From a virus (lineage: Duplodnaviria > Caudoviricetes): a DNA stretch of 27,225 nucleotides. Position numbers and translations under genes: made by a program. The stretch lies in the IMG/VR virus record IMGVR_UViG_3300037424_000036, positions 1-27,225 of that record; one strand, 5' to 3'. The notes under the pieces were generated by a model that was not told the origin of the DNA, ran no database searches, and worked only from the letters and a program-made list of their open reading frames with translations. Every line of letters begins with the position of its first letter. Position 1 is the first letter of the stretch. Positions 24,352-27,225 of this stretch are shown here, in pieces.

Positions 24352-24436
24352 TGCCTTACGACGCGCGACGTCGTCTCCCTCGCGCGTCGGTGGCTTCTTT
24401 TCCACTGGATTAGCAGGCGTCCGTACTACTCTCCTG

Positions 24437-24655
24437 TTAGTCACCATTAGATGCTTCCTTAATTCCATGGTAAGTAGTAATTTTTTTGATCTGGTGCCAC
24501 GGGAAGAACACCGTACGATTGTTCTTCTGGTCAAAATATTCGTAACCGTATTCAGAATGAGTAATTATAGTATTGTCAGGTATACAAATTTCAGCACTAG
24601 AGACCTGACCCTCTAACGGCATCAATACAATCTTTATCATGGTGGTGGTAATCAT
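24437..24655 (-). CDS. Small hypothetical protein
   Basis: 72 aa, SD AGGAG, tightly packed with neighbours. Confidence 0.65.
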   Translation of the reverse strand: MITTTMIKIVLMPLEGQVSSAEICIPDNTIITHSEYGYEYFDQKNNRTVFFPWHQIKKITTYHGIKEASNGD

Positions 24656-24658
24656 CTC

Positions 24659-24874
24659 CTAACTATTATTACTACCGCTGAACACAAAAGCATGAAACGC
24701 TGACGCGCGTTGTACTATACCACGATCGGCAGATGGTGTTACGTCTGCGGCACTAAAGTTAGTCATACCGTGGCTGACCACAGCGAGCCCGAGACAAATT
24801 ATCCTCGTGAACTGCTGCGACATAGCATATTCAACAAGTTTTGTCAGTGGTGACGGCGGAACGAAATTATTCAT
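24659..24874 (-). CDS. Small hypothetical protein
   Basis: 71 aa; TGATG overlap with the upstream gene. Confidence 0.65.
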   Translation of the reverse strand: MNNFVPPSPLTKLVEYAMSQQFTRIICLGLAVVSHGMTNFSAADVTPSADRGIVQRASAFHAFVFSGSNNS

Positions 24875-25236
24875 CAGTTACCTAACGTTTCTGTAGGATT
24901 CTCCGTCATCTTAGGAACCCCCTGCCAGGCGTACCCGGTGTCGACGAACACCCCGCCCTCGATATACGCCCTGACCTTCTCGGCGATGACGACCAGGTCC
25001 TGCCAGGAGTAGTTCATCCCTTCCGAATTCTTCTCGTCCGACATCAACTTGATAGCAGTAGACAAGTACCAACGCCGAGCCATTTCTTCCTGACGCTGAA
25101 CCCGTGCCATTGTCTCTTCAGAAGCTACCTCGACAACCTCTGGTACTTCCGGCGTGGGTGCACTTTTCTTGGTCAGCTCGTCTTTAAGAAGCTGGCCGAA
25201 TATCTGCCCTAAGTCAATCCCTTTGGATTCCGCCAT
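24874..25236 (-). CDS. Hypothetical protein
   Basis: 120 aa, SD GAAGGGA, acidic N-terminal half. Confidence 0.7.
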   Translation of the reverse strand: MAESKGIDLGQIFGQLLKDELTKKSAPTPEVPEVVEVASEETMARVQRQEEMARRWYLSTAIKLMSDEKNSEGMNYSWQDLVVIAEKVRAYIEGGVFVDTGYAWQGVPKMTENPTETLGN

Positions 25237-25261
25237 TACTACATCCCTTCATAATATGAGT

Positions 25262-25369
25262 TCATACTAGAAACTCTATCACTGACAAAGCCACTAGGAC
25301 GACCACGAAATAGATCGCAATAAACAAAACTCCGAGCAGTACACCCTTGTTCCGTTTCTTGCATCTCAT
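25262..25369 (-). CDS. 35-aa single-pass membrane micro-protein
   Basis: Translated by hand as MRCKKRNKGVLLGVLFIAIYFVVVLVALSVIEFLV. ATGA overlap with the upstream stop; basic N-terminus followed by a long hydrophobic helix. Confidence 0.7.
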   Translation of the reverse strand: MRCKKRNKGVLLGVLFIAIYFVVVLVALSVIEFLV

Positions 25370-25563
25370 GCAGTGTCCCAGTGCGTGGCGACCGTGCTTT
25401 CCAGGTACCAACGCCTACGATCTTTGAACTCAAGCTGGAGATAAACCTTTTTACCCTTCTTGCGAAAGCCGGTGATCTTGACCAGATTTTTGTTGTTGTG
25501 TTTGTCTTGGAGAACACGCCCTATATAGTGTACGTAATTTATATACTGCTGCTCGATAGCCAT
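25366..25563 (-). CDS. Small basic hypothetical protein (SH3-like beta pattern)
   Basis: 65 aa, SD AGGA; starts 6 nt after the lipoprotein stop. Confidence 0.65.
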   Translation of the reverse strand: MAIEQQYINYVHYIGRVLQDKHNNKNLVKITGFRKKGKKVYLQLEFKDRRRWYLESTVATHWDTA

Positions 25564-25569
25564 CTTTTC

Positions 25570-25893
25570 CTATTCACAACCTATTCCGTCTCCGTCACGG
25601 TCAAGAGCCGGACGATACCCTGGATCACCAGCGTACACCGGAGCTGCACCTGCTGCCCTTGCGGATGAACAATTCTTGTAGTACACTTCAGGTTCTACCG
25701 GCGGCGGTAACACCTGTTGCTGTAAAGGTGGGACGACCACTTGTGGTTCTACGGGTACAGGAACAACCGGAACTACAGGGGCCGGGGTAATTGACTCCAC
25801 AGGTTCGACTGGACGCAAATCGTCGGTTGCAGCCTTACAACCGGCCGTAGTTACAAACAAAACCATTGATCCGATCAAAATTCTTTTTACCAC
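25570..25893 (-). CDS. Excalibur calcium-binding domain lipoprotein
   Basis: Signal peptide with lipobox TAGC, Pro/Val linker, and C-terminal YYKNCSSARAAGAAPVYAGDPGYRPALDRDGDGIGCE. Confidence 0.92.
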   Translation of the reverse strand: MVKRILIGSMVLFVTTAGCKAATDDLRPVEPVESITPAPVVPVVPVPVEPQVVVPPLQQQVLPPPVEPEVYYKNCSSARAAGAAPVYAGDPGYRPALDRDGDGIGCE

Positions 25894-25896
25894 GCT

Positions 25897-26199
25897 CTAC
25901 CATCCTTTAACAAAGCAAAGAGCAAGAAACCCGGTGGCTACGGCTAACCATATTGCCGTAGCAATCCAGTCGCTTCTCTTCCCGTTCTCTTTGAACAACT
26001 TGTCCGGCCTGCTCCAAAATTCGTCTTCGTTAGTCTCTCCTGCTACTTTAAAATAAGATGTCCATCTCTTTATATATTCTTCGTTGGTCTCTCCGCACAT
26101 CCTAGAGATCCATTTAGTTCCGTCGTCGTCCACGACAAAACCTGCTGTGTTGCACAGCGGGTACGAATCTTTTTCTTTACCGCAGTTCTCGCAAATCAT
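25897..26199 (-). CDS. Hypothetical protein with N-terminal CxxC and C-terminal membrane anchor
   Basis: CENC, internal duplication GETNEE/GETNED, hydrophobic C-terminal helix; ATGA overlap with the upstream gene. Confidence 0.7.
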   Translation of the reverse strand: MICENCGKEKDSYPLCNTAGFVVDDDGTKWISRMCGETNEEYIKRWTSYFKVAGETNEDEFWSRPDKLFKENGKRSDWIATAIWLAVATGFLALCFVKGW

Positions 26200-26681
26200 A
26201 TCGCTCCCTGCCTAGCTGCTTTGACTATCGAACATTTGACGTCTTGCGGTGCTTCTCTCAAAGAAGAGATGTTGTCGATAGTAGTCGTCTGTCCCGGTCC
26301 GAGTGTAGTCAACGTCTGTCCCCGACCGTAGGACGTACTTCCGTCCGGGGAGACAAAATCAATTTCTATGAGATAGTCAACTCTTCCGTCGGAATCGTTC
26401 GTCACCCTTATTTTTGCATTAGTCCAGTCAGTGTAAATATTCGGGACACAGGAAATAACCTCGACGCCGTGTGCCGTGGTCGGGGAGCGCGACGTCTCCT
26501 GTCTCAGCTTCACCACAAGAACAAGTATACTGGCCAGATAAAGAATAAAGGTCACGATCAGGATCTTCCACCAGTTACGCTGATACCATGTGAGTCTTAG
26601 TTTTATTGGTTTGTCGCCGTTCATTCTCGTCATGTCGATAGATTGGGGTGTCCACTCTTCCCACTCTTTTGTTATTTTCAC
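26196..26681 (-). CDS. Single-pass membrane protein with extracytoplasmic Ig-like (FxLYD-like) domain
   Basis: TM segment ILIVTFILYLASILVLVV, then C...A.IRVTN.S....DY.IEI.F.S.DG...L.PGQT...C. Start is uncertain (GTG 26681, TTG 26693 or a later ATG). Confidence 0.7.
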   Translation of the reverse strand: MKITKEWEEWTPQSIDMTRMNGDKPIKLRLTWYQRNWWKILIVTFILYLASILVLVVKLRQETSRSPTTAHGVEVISCVPNIYTDWTNAKIRVTNDSDGRVDYLIEIDFVSPDGSTSYGRGQTLTTLGPGQTTTIDNISSLREAPQDVKCSIVKAARQGAI

Positions 26682-26728
26682 GTCGGTGCCCAACGAAGTT
26701 TCATGACTTCCTTTCCAGCCGCTTGCGG

Positions 26729-26929
26729 CTAGCCTTTGGACGTGCTACAACAACATGTGCAGTTGCAGACTTTCTCTTTTTTTACCTTCCAAAGTTTCAT
26801 TGCGTTGTTCTGGACGGTCCTCCTCTTGACTAGACATACGTAACCGTCTCCTACGGAGTCTACCAACCACTCGTCTTTTGTGTCGGGGTCGATGACAACT
26901 TGTCCTGGCAGGTTGTAAAGATAAGTCAT
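26729..26929 (-). CDS. Small hypothetical protein with Cys-rich C-terminus
   Basis: SD AGAGGAG, ATGA overlap, ends CNCTCCCSTSKG. Confidence 0.65.
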   Translation of the reverse strand: MTYLYNLPGQVVIDPDTKDEWLVDSVGDGYVCLVKRRTVQNNAMKLWKVKKEKVCNCTCCCSTSKG

Positions 26930-27225
26930 GACTCTCCTCTTCTATCGAGCATGTCAGAGAACTGCTTGATGACGACATTGTAATCTTCTGCTGTCATCTC
27001 CCGGTCTTCTCTTGGAACCCACCCGCACCTCTGGCACTCCATATAGAAACGGCCAGGTTTGTAAGTCCTGAACGTGTTCTCAGGTTTTGTTGTCTCGACT
27101 GTCTCGCAAATATGGCGAGTAGCCAAGCTACCGCACTTCTTGTGGGTACACATGTCGAGTAACTTCTGCATTTCTTTCTCTGGCATCCCGTTCCATCTTT
27201 CACGAAGTTCTTCAACAGTAATTTT
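26926..27225 (-). CDS. Zinc-ribbon-like hypothetical protein, probably 5'-truncated by window edge
   Basis: CTHKKC, HIC and CQRC motifs. The frame remains open upstream of ATG 27186 to the edge (KITVEELRERWNG-MPEK). Confidence 0.65.
   Translation of the reverse strand, partial: KITVEELRERWNGMPEKEMQKLLDMCTHKKCGSLATRHICETVETTKPENTFRTYKPGRFYMECQRCGWVPREDREMTAEDYNVVIKQFSDMLDRRGES

Larger units (their letters stand above)
1..27225 (-). mobile_element. Tailed dsDNA phage/prophage segment (accessory, packaging, fibre and head modules)
   Basis: Co-oriented, tightly packed terminase, portal, MuF, prohead protease, scaffold, cement and capsid genes. No host housekeeping genes, integrase or att site in the window, so lifestyle cannot be determined. 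Confidence 0.97.

Noticed and set aside
25239-25517. 92-aa minus-strand ORF in the track
   Set aside because: It overlaps 25366..25563 and the 35-aa membrane ORF, which together tile the region with better start signals.
54-26833. All plus-strand ORFs in the track (e.g. 929..1549, 1467..1949, 14994..15380, 18671..19060)
   Set aside because: They are antisense shadows of well-supported minus-strand genes, with no recognisable motifs.
26745-27215. Alternative minus-strand ORFs 26745..26978 and 26994..27215, and an A7 run at ~26777-26783 as a frameshift site
   Set aside because: They are off-frame overlaps of better-supported genes, and no sensible fusion product results.
1-27225. tRNA, rRNA, CRISPR array, integrase/att site, classical U-tailed terminators
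   Set aside because: None were recognisable by eye, and the intergenic gaps are too short to hold arrays or most RNA genes.

Overview
This window is a segment of a tailed dsDNA phage (virion DNA or prophage) with essentially every real gene on the minus strand. The host is probably an actinobacterium, judged from an MGRHRKP-type secreted hydrolase leader, an Excalibur lipoprotein and an FxLYD-like membrane protein. In transcription order (right to left) the genes are: (1) small accessory membrane, Cys-rich and micro-ORF genes; (2) a secreted PG-binding/SLT/NlpC-P60 hydrolase, dCTP deaminase and terminase large subunit; (3) an unusual ~13 kb block of ten fibre/spike/adhesin-like genes between terminase and portal, including two paralogous beta-helix spikes and a ~1,350-aa protein with an 18-residue Tyr-anchored period, linked by shared domains; (4) a DUF935-type portal, MuF minor head protein and R-S-E ADP-ribosyltransferase, all in one reading frame separated only by single stop codons; (5) an XkdF-like prohead protease, a small structural protein, a scaffold with a nested internal start, a capsid cement protein and the 5' part of the major capsid gene. 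The main hypotheses are a virion-packaged ART effector with a cleavable head-targeting tag, a prohead protease split across two genes, and a modular appendage built on a repeat ruler protein. Family assignments are from motif recognition only; no searches were run.
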